A stretch of DNA of 64,000 nucleotides from Bacteroidota bacterium. GTDB taxonomy: Bacteria > Bacteroidota > Ignavibacteria > Kapaibacteriales > UBA961. The notes under the pieces are model-generated. The model had not been told where the DNA came from. It made no database searches and saw only the letters and a list, made by a program, of their open reading frames with translations. Within the stretch, counting starts at the first letter, position 1. Each line of letters begins with the position of its first letter. The stretch spans positions 22,240 through 86,239 of the forward strand of contig JAFDZU010000036.1 of the NCBI GenBank assembly GCA_018266765.1, written 5' to 3'. Shown here in pieces: positions 39,256 through 48,857 of the stretch. Position numbers and translations under genes: made by a program.

Positions 39256-40475
39256 TTTTGATCAATTTTTTGGAGATATTCTTGAGCTTTTATATTACCG
39301 AAGCGTGCTGCAAATTGAAAATATTTGATTTTATCATCAAACAAATTATGTTGTCCGGCTATCATTCCAAGTCCGTAATAAGCATCAGCAAATTTAGGAT
39401 TAAGTTTTACAGTGTGATTCCAATACGCCGCTGCTGTTGAATCATTTCCTTTATTTGCAAATATTAATCCAAGATTATAATACATGAGAGGGTCGTTTGG
39501 TGCAACTTTCGTTCCCTCACTAAAAGCATTAATTGCCATATCATGTTCTTTTAAACTTTCATACGCAACGCCGAGGTTATAATGAGCTTTTGTATAATTA
39601 GGTAATAGTTTTATGGCTTCTCTATAACACTCTATTGCTTTTTCAGTTTGTTTTTTATTAAAATAGGAAATGCCAAGATGCAAATGTAATTGTGCAAAAT
39701 TTGGGTTTTTTGATATTCCAATTTTATACTGTTCAATTGCCAAGTCATCATTACCTTGAGTTGCATAAATAAGTCCAAGATTACTATATGCTTCCGCAAA
39801 ATCCGGCTTTAGAAATATTGCACGTTGATATGCTTCTATTGCTTTGTCATAATTATCAGCATACGCATAACTATTTCCCAAATTACGCCAAGCATCCGGT
39901 AAATCAGAATTAATTGCTATTGCTTCTTTGAATGACTCAGAAGCTTTTGTGAATTCACCAATTTTATTAAACACAATCCCAAGATTTATAAACGCATTTA
40001 CGAATTTAGGATTCAATTGAGTTGCTTTCCGAAATTCATCAACAGCTTTATAATCTTCATTAGTAGCAGACTGAGCTATTGCTAAATTATAATGAGTATT
40101 GGCATTGTCGGGATTTTGTTCTAAAGATTTATTAAAATATTCGATTGCTTTAGAATAATCTTGTTTTGATGAATATGCATTCCCGAGATTTGCTAATGCA
40201 TCCGCATAAAGTGGGCGTAGTTCTAATGCTTTTTGATACGAATTGATTTCATCATCAAAACGACCTAAGTTACCATAACACGTTCCTAAATCATTATATG
40301 CCTCAGCAGTAGGTTTGATTATAATGGATTTATTGTAGAGATTTATTGCCTCTGTGTATTTTCCTTCTGTAGCTAACTCAATAGCTGATTTATGAATTTC
40401 TTCAGCAGTTTGGCTAAATATAGGAGTCACTAACCAAAGAAAAGAAAAAATAAGTATTATGAGGGTGGATTTCAT
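39249..40475 (-). CDS. secreted tetratricopeptide repeat protein
   Basis: Signal peptide followed by about 10 consecutive 34-aa TPR units (..A..Y..AL.L.P..A.A..NLG..Y). Confidence 0.8.
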   Translation of the reverse strand: MKSTLIILIFSFLWLVTPIFSQTAEEIHKSAIELATEGKYTEAINLYNKSIIIKPTAEAYNDLGTCYGNLGRFDDEINSYQKALELRPLYADALANLGNAYSSKQDYSKAIEYFNKSLEQNPDNANTHYNLAIAQSATNEDYKAVDEFRKATQLNPKFVNAFINLGIVFNKIGEFTKASESFKEAIAINSDLPDAWRNLGNSYAYADNYDKAIEAYQRAIFLKPDFAEAYSNLGLIYATQGNDDLAIEQYKIGISKNPNFAQLHLHLGISYFNKKQTEKAIECYREAIKLLPNYTKAHYNLGVAYESLKEHDMAINAFSEGTKVAPNDPLMYYNLGLIFANKGNDSTAAAYWNHTVKLNPKFADAYYGLGMIAGQHNLFDDKIKYFQFAARFGNIKAQEYLQKIDQKW

Positions 40476-40575
40476 AAGTAAAAACCTTTGAATGATTTTG
40501 AAAAGTTATTAACTACACACAATTGGGCAAAATAGAAGGTATTTTTGCCCAATTGATAATGTTAGTAATTAACGA

Positions 40576-41469
40576 TTATTTCCAAGAAACATTGCTTTGA
40601 GTGAGTAACTGTTGGGCTGGCAAATAATTCAATTTAGCTGCTACTTTGAAATTCTCAATAGCTTTTTCTTGGTTACCTAGTTTATTATATACTACACCAA
40701 GATTATTATAAGCAACCGCATAATCTTTATTTAACTTAGTCGCATTATTAAACGATTCTATTGCTTGATTATATTGATTAGAGAAGTAATAAAATAATCC
40801 AAAATTGTTCCATGCTTCAATACCATTTCCTTTTTTATTAAAGCAAACTCCCATTTCAAAATAAGCTGCAGCATAATCTCCTTTGTTTTGTGTTGCAAGA
40901 GAATATGATTCAATGGCTTTGTCAAAATTATTCATTTTAGAGTAACTGTTTCCGGCGTTATAATATGCTTCTACAAATTTAGGGTTAATTTTAATTGCTG
41001 CATTAAATGCTTCAATTGCTTTTGGATAATCACCTTTAGCATGAAGTGCAACACCTAAATTATTATGTCCGAGAGCAGAATCAGGTTTGATTTCGATTGC
41101 TTTTTTATATGTTTCAATCCCTTTGTCATAATCTTCCTTTGCACAATAAGCAAGTCCTAGATTAAAGTATGCATCAAGATATTTTGGATTTAAATCTATA
41201 GCTTTTTTGTATGCTTCTACAAGATGTTCGTAGTCACCCTTACCAGCATAAGCATTACCAAGGTAGAAATAGACTTCAGGCATATCTGATTTACGTTCGA
41301 TTGCTTTTTTATAAGAAGTAATCGCTTTATCCCAATCTTGAAAACGTGCATACGTTTCACCTTTGAAAAATTCGAGAGATGCATCTTTCTCGGCATTCCC
41401 GCAAGAACTTAATAATCCGACAACTGCCGAACAAGTAACCACCAACAAAGAGCGATAGAGGTTTTTCAT
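40576..41469 (-). CDS. tetratricopeptide repeat lipoprotein
   Basis: Lipobox LLSSC followed by consecutive TPR units. Confidence 0.8.
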   Translation of the reverse strand: MKNLYRSLLVVTCSAVVGLLSSCGNAEKDASLEFFKGETYARFQDWDKAITSYKKAIERKSDMPEVYFYLGNAYAGKGDYEHLVEAYKKAIDLNPKYLDAYFNLGLAYCAKEDYDKGIETYKKAIEIKPDSALGHNNLGVALHAKGDYPKAIEAFNAAIKINPKFVEAYYNAGNSYSKMNNFDKAIESYSLATQNKGDYAAAYFEMGVCFNKKGNGIEAWNNFGLFYYFSNQYNQAIESFNNATKLNKDYAVAYNNLGVVYNKLGNQEKAIENFKVAAKLNYLPAQQLLTQSNVSWK

Positions 41470-41534
41470 TAAAACTCCATTTATAAAATTGATAAAACAA
41501 TGAATTGAACTAATAATTTAACTGATTTAATAAG

Positions 41535-42659
41535 TTAATGCTTGTATATATTTTTAAGTTGAGAGCTTTGCATCCCACTGTTTAATTTAGCGACTGTTTT
41601 TGCAATTGATTCTGATTTTACTTTATTACCTGTCTTTTGATACAGTGCTTGTAAATTCAAATATGCATCTATAAATTTAGGTTGAATTTCGGTTACTTTG
41701 GTAAAATATTCGATTGCTTTATCGTTTTTTCCTAAAAGAGCATTTGTAAGTCCCAAATTATAATATGGTTCAGAAGATTTTGGATTCATTTTTACAGATT
41801 GTTCAAATAACGCAATTGCTTCTATATATTTGCCTGATAAAGATGATGAAAGCCCGAGATAGTTAAATCCAACAGCAGAATCACCTTTTTGATTCAACAG
41901 AACTCCTAAATCATGATAAGCAAGCTTATAGTCTGACTTTTGGGAAACTGCTTTTTCAAAACATAATTGAGCTTTGTCTTTATTGTTACTGTTGTAATAT
42001 GTAAGACCCATATAATAATAAGCTTCCGGGAATACCGGCTTTAATGATATCGCATCATTATATGAATTAATTGCTTTATCGAAGTTCTTTTGACGTGCAT
42101 ACGCATTTGCAATATTATAATATGCCTCAGGTAAGAGTTCACGTGTGTATTCAGGTATATGTTTTTTAAGAAGTTCAATTACCTTTTGATAGGTAGAAAT
42201 GCCGATTTCAAATTCTTTCTTTGAAATATATGCAGCGGCAAGATTATTATAACACAAAATAGAGTCAGGTCTTAGTTTAATTGCTGAATTATACTCTTTA
42301 ATAGCTTGGTCAAAAAGATCTTTTTTGTTGTAAGCATTTGCTAATTTATTATGTGCATCAAAATTATCAGGAGATAAGTTAATGGATTTTTCTAATAAAA
42401 TAATCGCAGTATCCAAATTGCTTTGTCGGTAATATAAATCACCTAGAGCATATAACCCTTCTGCAAAATCTGATTTTAAATCAACTGCTTGTCTTAGTAA
42501 TTCTTTTGCCTTCCCAAATTCTCCGTTTTTAGCCAGATTATCCGCTTGGATATATAAATCTTTTGCGTTATCGTCAGAATTAGAGCATGAAGTAATAGCA
42601 CTAACTAATAATAAAGTAAAACAGAAAAAATACGCTAACGAAAATAATTTTTTTAACAT
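41535..42659 (-). CDS. tetratricopeptide repeat lipoprotein
   Basis: Lipobox AITSC followed by consecutive TPR units. Confidence 0.8.
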   Translation of the reverse strand: MLKKLFSLAYFFCFTLLLVSAITSCSNSDDNAKDLYIQADNLAKNGEFGKAKELLRQAVDLKSDFAEGLYALGDLYYRQSNLDTAIILLEKSINLSPDNFDAHNKLANAYNKKDLFDQAIKEYNSAIKLRPDSILCYNNLAAAYISKKEFEIGISTYQKVIELLKKHIPEYTRELLPEAYYNIANAYARQKNFDKAINSYNDAISLKPVFPEAYYYMGLTYYNSNNKDKAQLCFEKAVSQKSDYKLAYHDLGVLLNQKGDSAVGFNYLGLSSSLSGKYIEAIALFEQSVKMNPKSSEPYYNLGLTNALLGKNDKAIEYFTKVTEIQPKFIDAYLNLQALYQKTGNKVKSESIAKTVAKLNSGMQSSQLKNIYKH

Positions 42660-42694
42660 GAAACTATATTCTATTTAAAATAAAGAAATAAATA

Positions 42695-43417
42695 TCAAAA
42701 ATGTAAGAGAGAATCATCTTGAATTTCACTCGAAACTGTTGGATTAAAAGGAGAAATTATAGAATGATGTTTTATTGCTTTTAACGATAAAATTATACCA
42801 ATAATAAGTGACACTATTGCTCCTAAAATAATTATTGGAGTACTGTCAATTAATAAACAGAAGTCGAAAGCACCATGAAAAAAAACAGCTGCAACCAATC
42901 CTGTCAACCGTAGTCGAAATGAATTATTACGAAACTTTGCTAATCCAACATAATAACCCATTATCATACCAAATGTAGCATGAGCCGGAACAGACAAAAA
43001 CATCCTCATAATTGCCACACTAAACCCACCATTGACAACATACATTAAATTTTCTAATGTAGCAAATCCCATTGAAATCATTACAGAATAAGTAATTCCG
43101 TCGTATGGTTCATTAAAATCACTTTTAGGATAAGCGAATCCACAAAGGAAAATATATTTACTCCATTCTTCAGACAGACCTACTATAATAAATGAATGAA
43201 ATGCTACATTAAGTCCATTAGTACGAACTATTACTCCAAACACTTTTTCAGAAACTAACTCTATGATTATTGCAGGAATAATACTCAAGAGCCCAAGTAA
43301 AAAGCACTTTACTAATAGATAAAGTGGTTCTTTATCAAATTTATCACGCCAATATACAAATACTGAGATTGCAATTCCGGGTGCAATGGCAAGGCATAAT
43401 AATAAAAGAAGAAACAT
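42695..43417 (-). CDS. PrsW family intramembrane metalloprotease
   Basis: Multi-TM with the PrsW motifs EEWSKY, FATLENL and HGAFD. Confidence 0.75.
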   Translation of the reverse strand: MFLLLLLCLAIAPGIAISVFVYWRDKFDKEPLYLLVKCFLLGLLSIIPAIIIELVSEKVFGVIVRTNGLNVAFHSFIIVGLSEEWSKYIFLCGFAYPKSDFNEPYDGITYSVMISMGFATLENLMYVVNGGFSVAIMRMFLSVPAHATFGMIMGYYVGLAKFRNNSFRLRLTGLVAAVFFHGAFDFCLLIDSTPIIILGAIVSLIIGIILSLKAIKHHSIISPFNPTVSSEIQDDSLLHF

Positions 43418-43571
43418 CAGTATTATAAATAGTAGAAACAGTTAATGCTTTCTTATAACTCCGATGCAAAAATAAGACGAAAAATTCAAATTTAGTGAGA
43501 AGTTACCTTTTGCGAAAAAAAAACAAGTATTTTTGTGCTCAAGTATTCAAATATTGAAAAAGTATTGTAAC

Positions 43572-44663
43572 GTGAAAACTATATTTATTGTTGCCGGTGA
43601 CCAATCTGGCGATTCTCATGCCGCAAAGTTAATGCGAGAACTTTCTTTGTTGCATCCAAGCGTTAAATTTATTGGAATCGGTGGAATAGAAATGTCAAAA
43701 GCTGGATTACAATCTATAGTTCCTCTCAGTGAAATTAGTGTTGTAGGATTTTGGGAAGTAGCAAAACGATATTTTTATTTCAGACAACTGCTTTCAAAGT
43801 GTGAGCAATTATTACTAACTAGTTCAGTTGATTGCTTTATTCCCGTTGATTATCCAGGTTTTAATATTAGACTTGCAACTTTCGCAAAAAAAAACAATAT
43901 TCCTGTGTATTATTATATAGCACCACAACTTTGGGCTTGGGGAAAAACACGTGCTCAAAAGCTTGCTTCTATTGTAGATAAGTTGCTTGTAGTTTTTCCT
44001 TTTGAAGTCAATTATTTTGCAAAATATGGAATAAACACCGAATTTGTTGGACATCCATTATTAGATAACAAAATATTTTCACTTGATTGTAAACGAGAAT
44101 ATAGAATTGCTTTATTACCGGGAAGCAGACTTCAAGAAATTAAAAAGCATATTCCTATTATGAGAGAAACAGTTGCAATTCTCGAAAAAAAACTACCAGA
44201 TATAAAAATCGGAATTGCAGTTTCACCAATTATTGATCAATCAATCTATAAAAAACTTATACCAAACTCATGGGAAATATTTACAGATTCTCGCTTGCTT
44301 ATGAAAACTTCTACAATTGGAATTATTAAAACAGGAACTTCTACACTAGAAGCTGCACTTTGTGAATTACCATTTGTTATGATATATAAAACTTCGCTCA
44401 TCTCATTTCATTTAAGTAAGTATTTAATTAAACTTCCCTTTGTCTCACTCGTAAACATCTTGATGAATAAAAAGATTGTTCAAGAACTTATTCAAAATGA
44501 TGCCGAACCCAAAAGAGTAGTTTATGAAATATTAGATTTATTAACAATTTCTAAATCGGTAGAAATGAAAGGGGAGTTTGAGAAATTACGAACTTTACTT
44601 GGAAATCCCGGTGCTTCCAAAAGAGCAGCTGAAAGCATATATAATTTGTTACATGATAAATAA
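43572..44663 (+). CDS. lpxB: lipid-A-disaccharide synthase
   Basis: VKTIFIVAGDQSGDSHAAKLM N-terminus (GTG at 43572 preferred over TTG at 43533), DYPGFN, and GTSTLEAAL. Confidence 0.88.
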   Translation: MKTIFIVAGDQSGDSHAAKLMRELSLLHPSVKFIGIGGIEMSKAGLQSIVPLSEISVVGFWEVAKRYFYFRQLLSKCEQLLLTSSVDCFIPVDYPGFNIRLATFAKKNNIPVYYYIAPQLWAWGKTRAQKLASIVDKLLVVFPFEVNYFAKYGINTEFVGHPLLDNKIFSLDCKREYRIALLPGSRLQEIKKHIPIMRETVAILEKKLPDIKIGIAVSPIIDQSIYKKLIPNSWEIFTDSRLLMKTSTIGIIKTGTSTLEAALCELPFVMIYKTSLISFHLSKYLIKLPFVSLVNILMNKKIVQELIQNDAEPKRVVYEILDLLTISKSVEMKGEFEKLRTLLGNPGASKRAAESIYNLLHDK

Positions 44664-45249
44664 TTTACTTCAGTATTTGTTTATTATTGGTTTAAAGGTT
44701 CTTGCAATAACATGGAGAATATCTAAAATTGGAGAAAATGAATACGATAGAGCTGTTATTGCATTTTGGCATGGAAAAATGCTACCGATTTGGAAATTGT
44801 TTAGTCACAAAAATTCTTCAGCAGTTATAAGTTTAAGTAAAGATGGTGATGTACTTGCAAATTTATTACAATCTTGGAATTATGTTGTTTTAAGAGGTTC
44901 TTCTTCAAAAGGGGGGAAGGAAGTGTTAGAAGAAATGGTAAAACATGCAAAAAAATCAAAGCTTTTAATTACGCCTGATGGACCAAGAGGACCAATTTAT
45001 AAATTAAAACCGGGAGCAGTAATTGCATCTCAAAGAGCAGGTGTTCCATTAATAATTTGCAAAGTTGAAATCAAATGGAAAATTACATTAAAATCATGGG
45101 ATAAATTTGAGATACCATTACCTTTCTCTAAAATTTTTATTCAGTTTTTACCTCCAATTACTATTTCACAAAACACAGAACGAAATGATATTTCAATGTT
45201 AATCAACGAATGTGAAATATTGTTATCTGAAAAAATTACTTTTTATTAG
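44653..45249 (+). CDS. DUF374 domain-containing (lysophospholipid acyltransferase-like) protein
   Basis: AFWHGKML, SKDGDVLANLL..RGSSSKGG and ITPDGPRGP motifs. ATG at 44653 overlaps the lpxB stop by 11 nt. Confidence 0.75.
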   Translation: MINNLLQYLFIIGLKVLAITWRISKIGENEYDRAVIAFWHGKMLPIWKLFSHKNSSAVISLSKDGDVLANLLQSWNYVVLRGSSSKGGKEVLEEMVKHAKKSKLLITPDGPRGPIYKLKPGAVIASQRAGVPLIICKVEIKWKITLKSWDKFEIPLPFSKIFIQFLPPITISQNTERNDISMLINECEILLSEKITFY

Positions 45250-45251
45250 TT

Positions 45252-46277
45252 ATGTTTCGACATCTATATTCATTCGTAATTCAAATCAATTCATATCTTT
45301 ATACTAAAAAAATTAGGAAGATAACTAAGTTGAAAGTACCTGTAATTAGTATTGGTAATATTTCAACAGGTGGAAGTGGTAAAACACCTTTCACTCAAAC
45401 TATAGTTAGGAAATTATTATCATTACATCAAAATCCTGCAGTAATTAGTAGGGGATATAAACGAAAAAGCAAAGGTGAAATAATAGTTTCAGATGGAAAT
45501 AAAATTATTTCCAATGTTCAAGATGCTGGTGATGAGCTGTATTTACATGCAATTAAAAATAGTACAACTGTTATTGCAAATTCAAATAAAATAAAATCAT
45601 CACAAAATGCTACAAAAAAATATTTATCGAATGTTATTGTTCTCGATGATGGATTTCAACATATCAAACTTTTTAGAGATTTAGACATTGTATTAATTGA
45701 TAAATTTACAATTAGTCAAAAGTATTTACTTCCAAAAGGAAGATTAAGAGAACCGTTTTCATCGCTAAAGAGAGCAGATGTGATATGTATAGAAGAGGGA
45801 ATTGATATCCAAAGTATGCCTTATACTTTGAAACCAAACCAATTGCTTTTAATCACCAAAACAATCATAGGTAAGCCATATTTACTTAATCAATTATTAA
45901 ATAAGTTTAAATTTAATGATAAATCAGAATTTATTTTACCAATAAATATTATAGCTCTGTCTGCAATTGCCCATCCAAATAAATTTGATAAAACACTTAA
46001 TCTAATACAAGTTGCTCCAACTCAACACATTACATACTCTGACCATCACTTTTATACGCCAAAGGATATAATTGAAATAATAACTATTTGTGAAAAGGAA
46101 TTATCTCAAGCAATTATTACAACTGAAAAAGATGCAGTTAAATTAATTGAATTTGTTCAAGATTTTGAAATGAAAGGAATAATGGTGTTTGTGTTACCGA
46201 TTGAAATAATTATAACTGAAAACGAAGATTTATTCGATAACTTATTATTAGAATTGTTTACTACGAAAGAAAGATAA
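45252..46277 (+). CDS. lpxK: tetraacyldisaccharide 4'-kinase
   Basis: P-loop GNISTGGSGKTPF, VISRGY and DDGFQH motifs. Confidence 0.88.
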   Translation: MFRHLYSFVIQINSYLYTKKIRKITKLKVPVISIGNISTGGSGKTPFTQTIVRKLLSLHQNPAVISRGYKRKSKGEIIVSDGNKIISNVQDAGDELYLHAIKNSTTVIANSNKIKSSQNATKKYLSNVIVLDDGFQHIKLFRDLDIVLIDKFTISQKYLLPKGRLREPFSSLKRADVICIEEGIDIQSMPYTLKPNQLLLITKTIIGKPYLLNQLLNKFKFNDKSEFILPINIIALSAIAHPNKFDKTLNLIQVAPTQHITYSDHHFYTPKDIIEIITICEKELSQAIITTEKDAVKLIEFVQDFEMKGIMVFVLPIEIIITENEDLFDNLLLELFTTKER

Positions 46278-46279
46278 AA

Positions 46280-46996
46280 ATGAAAATAGCAATCTCAAGA
46301 GCAAGTGGTACAGCGAAATACGCTCTATATGCCCATTGGCTCCGATTAGTTAACCCTTCAGTTGAAATTATTGATTTATTTGAGTCAACAGAAAATGCTG
46401 AATCAAATTTAAAAAAATGCTTCGGGTTAATTCTTACCGGTGGTCCTGATGTACATCCTGAAAAATACGGAAAACCGGAAAGGAAATATGATTGTCACCT
46501 TGATGAACAAAGAGATAACCTCGAATTCCCACTTATAGATGTTGCACGTAACTTGAAACTACCGATTCTGGGAATTTGCAGAGGTGCACAGGTGATAAAT
46601 GTAGCATTAGGTGGAAGTCTAATTGTAGATATTCCAACAGATTATCCAACACAAATTAATCACAAAAGTACAACTCAAGGTGATAGTCTTCACAAGATAG
46701 AAGTAGTTGCAGGTTCTTTACTTAAAAAAATTACGAGGTCAAATGAAGGAGAAGTAAATTCAGCTCATCATCAGGCAGTTGATTATATTTCTGAACATTT
46801 ACGTGTTTCCGCCGTATCGCCTGATGGAATCATTGAGGCATTTGAATGGAACGAACCGGCCGGAAAGCCATTTCTTCTTGGAGTACAATGGCATCCTGAG
46901 CGTTTAGATTACGATAATGTGTTTTCAAAACGAATTGCAGAACATTTCTTATTTGAAGTAGAAGCTCGAAGTTTGCTATTTAGAAGTCCAAACTAA
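46280..46996 (+). CDS. class I glutamine amidotransferase / gamma-glutamyl hydrolase family (peptidase C26)
   Basis: GICRGAQVINVALGG (Cys nucleophile), HHQAV and GVQWHPE motifs. Confidence 0.8.
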   Translation: MKIAISRASGTAKYALYAHWLRLVNPSVEIIDLFESTENAESNLKKCFGLILTGGPDVHPEKYGKPERKYDCHLDEQRDNLEFPLIDVARNLKLPILGICRGAQVINVALGGSLIVDIPTDYPTQINHKSTTQGDSLHKIEVVAGSLLKKITRSNEGEVNSAHHQAVDYISEHLRVSAVSPDGIIEAFEWNEPAGKPFLLGVQWHPERLDYDNVFSKRIAEHFLFEVEARSLLFRSPN

Positions 46997-47072
46997 ATTG
47001 GCGTGTATTTTGAGGAAGTAATATTATTGGTATGGTTTTAATTTATTACTCATTAATATTAACAGGTGTTTT

Positions 47073-47390
47073 ATGCAAACGCTTTACAGCCATTTGGAAC
47101 ACGTGCTTGCTTTCGACGAACGATTTTATTCTAAAGGTAAATTATTGCGTAATCAATTAGTTGAATATGCTTTGAGTTCTGATAGTGAATTACTTACTCG
47201 GTTGGTATCCGACCATATAATAAAAATGCTTTTCTTCAAAGATGAAGATGGTAAACTTGTGTTTGATAAAGTGCAATTCCAACAATTTGTTGATAATAAA
47301 TCTTTTGTAGGGAATCAATCTTCGAATGAAAAAGTTAAAATTGAATTTATTTTTGATACAGGAATTCGTTCGTCTCCTTTGGCAGCGTAA
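47073..47390 (+). pseudogene. N-terminal remnant of a type III restriction-modification Mod methyltransferase
   Basis: Residues about 15-85 (ERFYSKGKLLRNQLVEYALSSDSELLTRLVSDHIIKMLFFKDEDGKLVFDKVQFQQFVDNKSF) are colinear with the conserved N-terminus of ModA-type type III methyltransferases as I recall it (..LLDLVEK.D..II.LLL....LK.HFF.EV.GVLVFK...F..FLD...I.NSYT). The ORF ends after 105 aa with no methyltransferase catalytic domain and no res gene. Confidence 0.5.
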
Positions 47391-47408
47391 CTTAATTAAT
47401 ATTCAAAA

Positions 47409-48326
47409 ATGAATAGAAGATATAAACTCCTTATAACTTCTTTAATTCTATTGATAGCAATAGCTTGTTATGGAGTTTATTGGGGTATTTATAATGTATT
47501 GCCTTACTCAGCAATTAAACCACTCCGACTAACTTCACCACTAATAATTGAGAAATTCAAAGAAAAATATACACCAAACAGATTCAATCTTACACTCAAA
47601 CAGTTCTCATTTACTACAAAAGACAGCATTACATTACGTGGTTGGTTCATACCAAGTCAATATAAGGCAAAAGGCACAATTCTTGTACTTCATGGAATTG
47701 CCAGTAGTAAACAACTCATGTTACCTTATGCTTCTGATTTAGTAAAAGACAGTTTTAATGTTGTAGTGTATGATTCACGTGCACATGGTGAAAGTGGAGG
47801 TGAATATTGTACACTCGGTTTCTATGAAAAGTATGACGTAAGTAAATGTATAGATAAAGTTATCGAACAATTTGGTGATTCATGTGTACCGTTTGGAATT
47901 CTTGGTAATTCGATGGGTGCGGCTGTAGCACTCCAAGCTATACCACTCGATAAACGGATTGTTTGCGGTATTTCAGAAAGTTCGTTTGCAAACTTACGTG
48001 AAACTCTTTCCGATTATTTAGAACGTATGATTCCTGTTCGATGGGATTGGATTTCTTCACCTGCTTTCGCTTGAACGGAGGAAATTGTTCATTTCAGAAT
48101 TGATGATGTTTCACCGGAGAATTCTGCACGTTCAATAACTAAACCGGTAATGATTATTCATGGCGATGCCGATGAAAAAATTAATATCAAATACGTTCAT
48201 AGGATATTCGATAATCTACAATCTCCAAAACAACTTTATATAGTAAAAGGTGGTTGACATGAAAACTTACCTCAAAAAGGTGGGGAAGAATACCATAACA
48301 AGATTAAAGAATTTTTTAATAAATGA
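47409..48326 (+). pseudogene. alpha/beta hydrolase interrupted by two in-frame TGA codons
   Basis: The 221-aa track ORF carries the nucleophile elbow GNSMG. Reading on in the same frame past TGA at 48072-48074 gives TEEIVHFRIDDVSPENSARSITKPVMIIHGDADEKINIKYVHRIFDNLQSPKQLYIVKGG. After TGA at 48255-48257 it gives HENLPQKGGEEYHNKIKEFFNK, with the final stop at 48324-48326. The catalytic Asp and His therefore lie beyond the internal stops. Confidence 0.75.
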
Positions 48327-48347
48327 TTTAGTTAACAACTATCATTA

Positions 48348-48383
48348 GAAAGCCCTCTGATTCTAATATATCAAAGGGCTTTC
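48348..48383. terminator. bidirectional hairpin between the convergent hydrolase gene and ssrA
   Basis: 9-bp stem GAAAGCCCT / AGGGCTTTC with an 18-nt loop, T-rich on the + side. Confidence 0.55.
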
Positions 48384-48394
48384 TATTTATGAAG

Positions 48395-48791
48395 TGGAGA
48401 TGGCGGGAGTCGAACCCGCGTCCGAAATGCGTGAGCCGTAGATTCTACAAGCTTATTCGTTTTATAAATTTAACGGAATCAGTTTCCAAACGACAGGAGT
48501 GAAACCGCTGTTTGCGGAGTTATCTTATATGAAACGCCGAAAATCCATTCCATACCAGTTTATCTAAGGTTTAGTTACACCTACCTCAAAAGCCGATAAA
48601 CGAACTTTAGCGCAGATGGTTGGTCACTTAAATTATTAAGCAGCCAAGCTATATACAGGAACTGAGTTCATTGCATATACTGGAGTGTTATTAGCACTTA
48701 TTGTTTTGCAAGTTGAATTTACGTGCACCACTTACCAAGCACGACCTGCTCCTACGTGAACACTTCACCCCGTCGAATCCGGTACATCCCC
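48395..48791 (-). ncRNA. ssrA: transfer-messenger RNA (tmRNA)
   Basis: Minus-strand 5' end is GGGGATGTACCGGATTCGACGGGG. The 3' end is GGACGCGGGTTCGACTCCCGCCATCTCCA. The acceptor stem carries a G3-U pair. An internal reading frame (48695 down to 48639) encodes ANNTPVYAMNSVPVYSLAA followed by TAATAA. Confidence 0.92.
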
Positions 48792-48857
48792 ATAATTTCT
48801 ATTACAAATATACGAAAAATGACTCAAACAACCTTGTTTTACGTGCTTTGCAGGACT

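Noticed and set aside
39249-42659. The repetitive TPR coding region considered as a possible DNA-level repeat array
   Set aside because: The repetition is at protein level (degenerate 34-aa TPR units) inside three intact ORFs with signal peptides. It is not a non-coding repeat.
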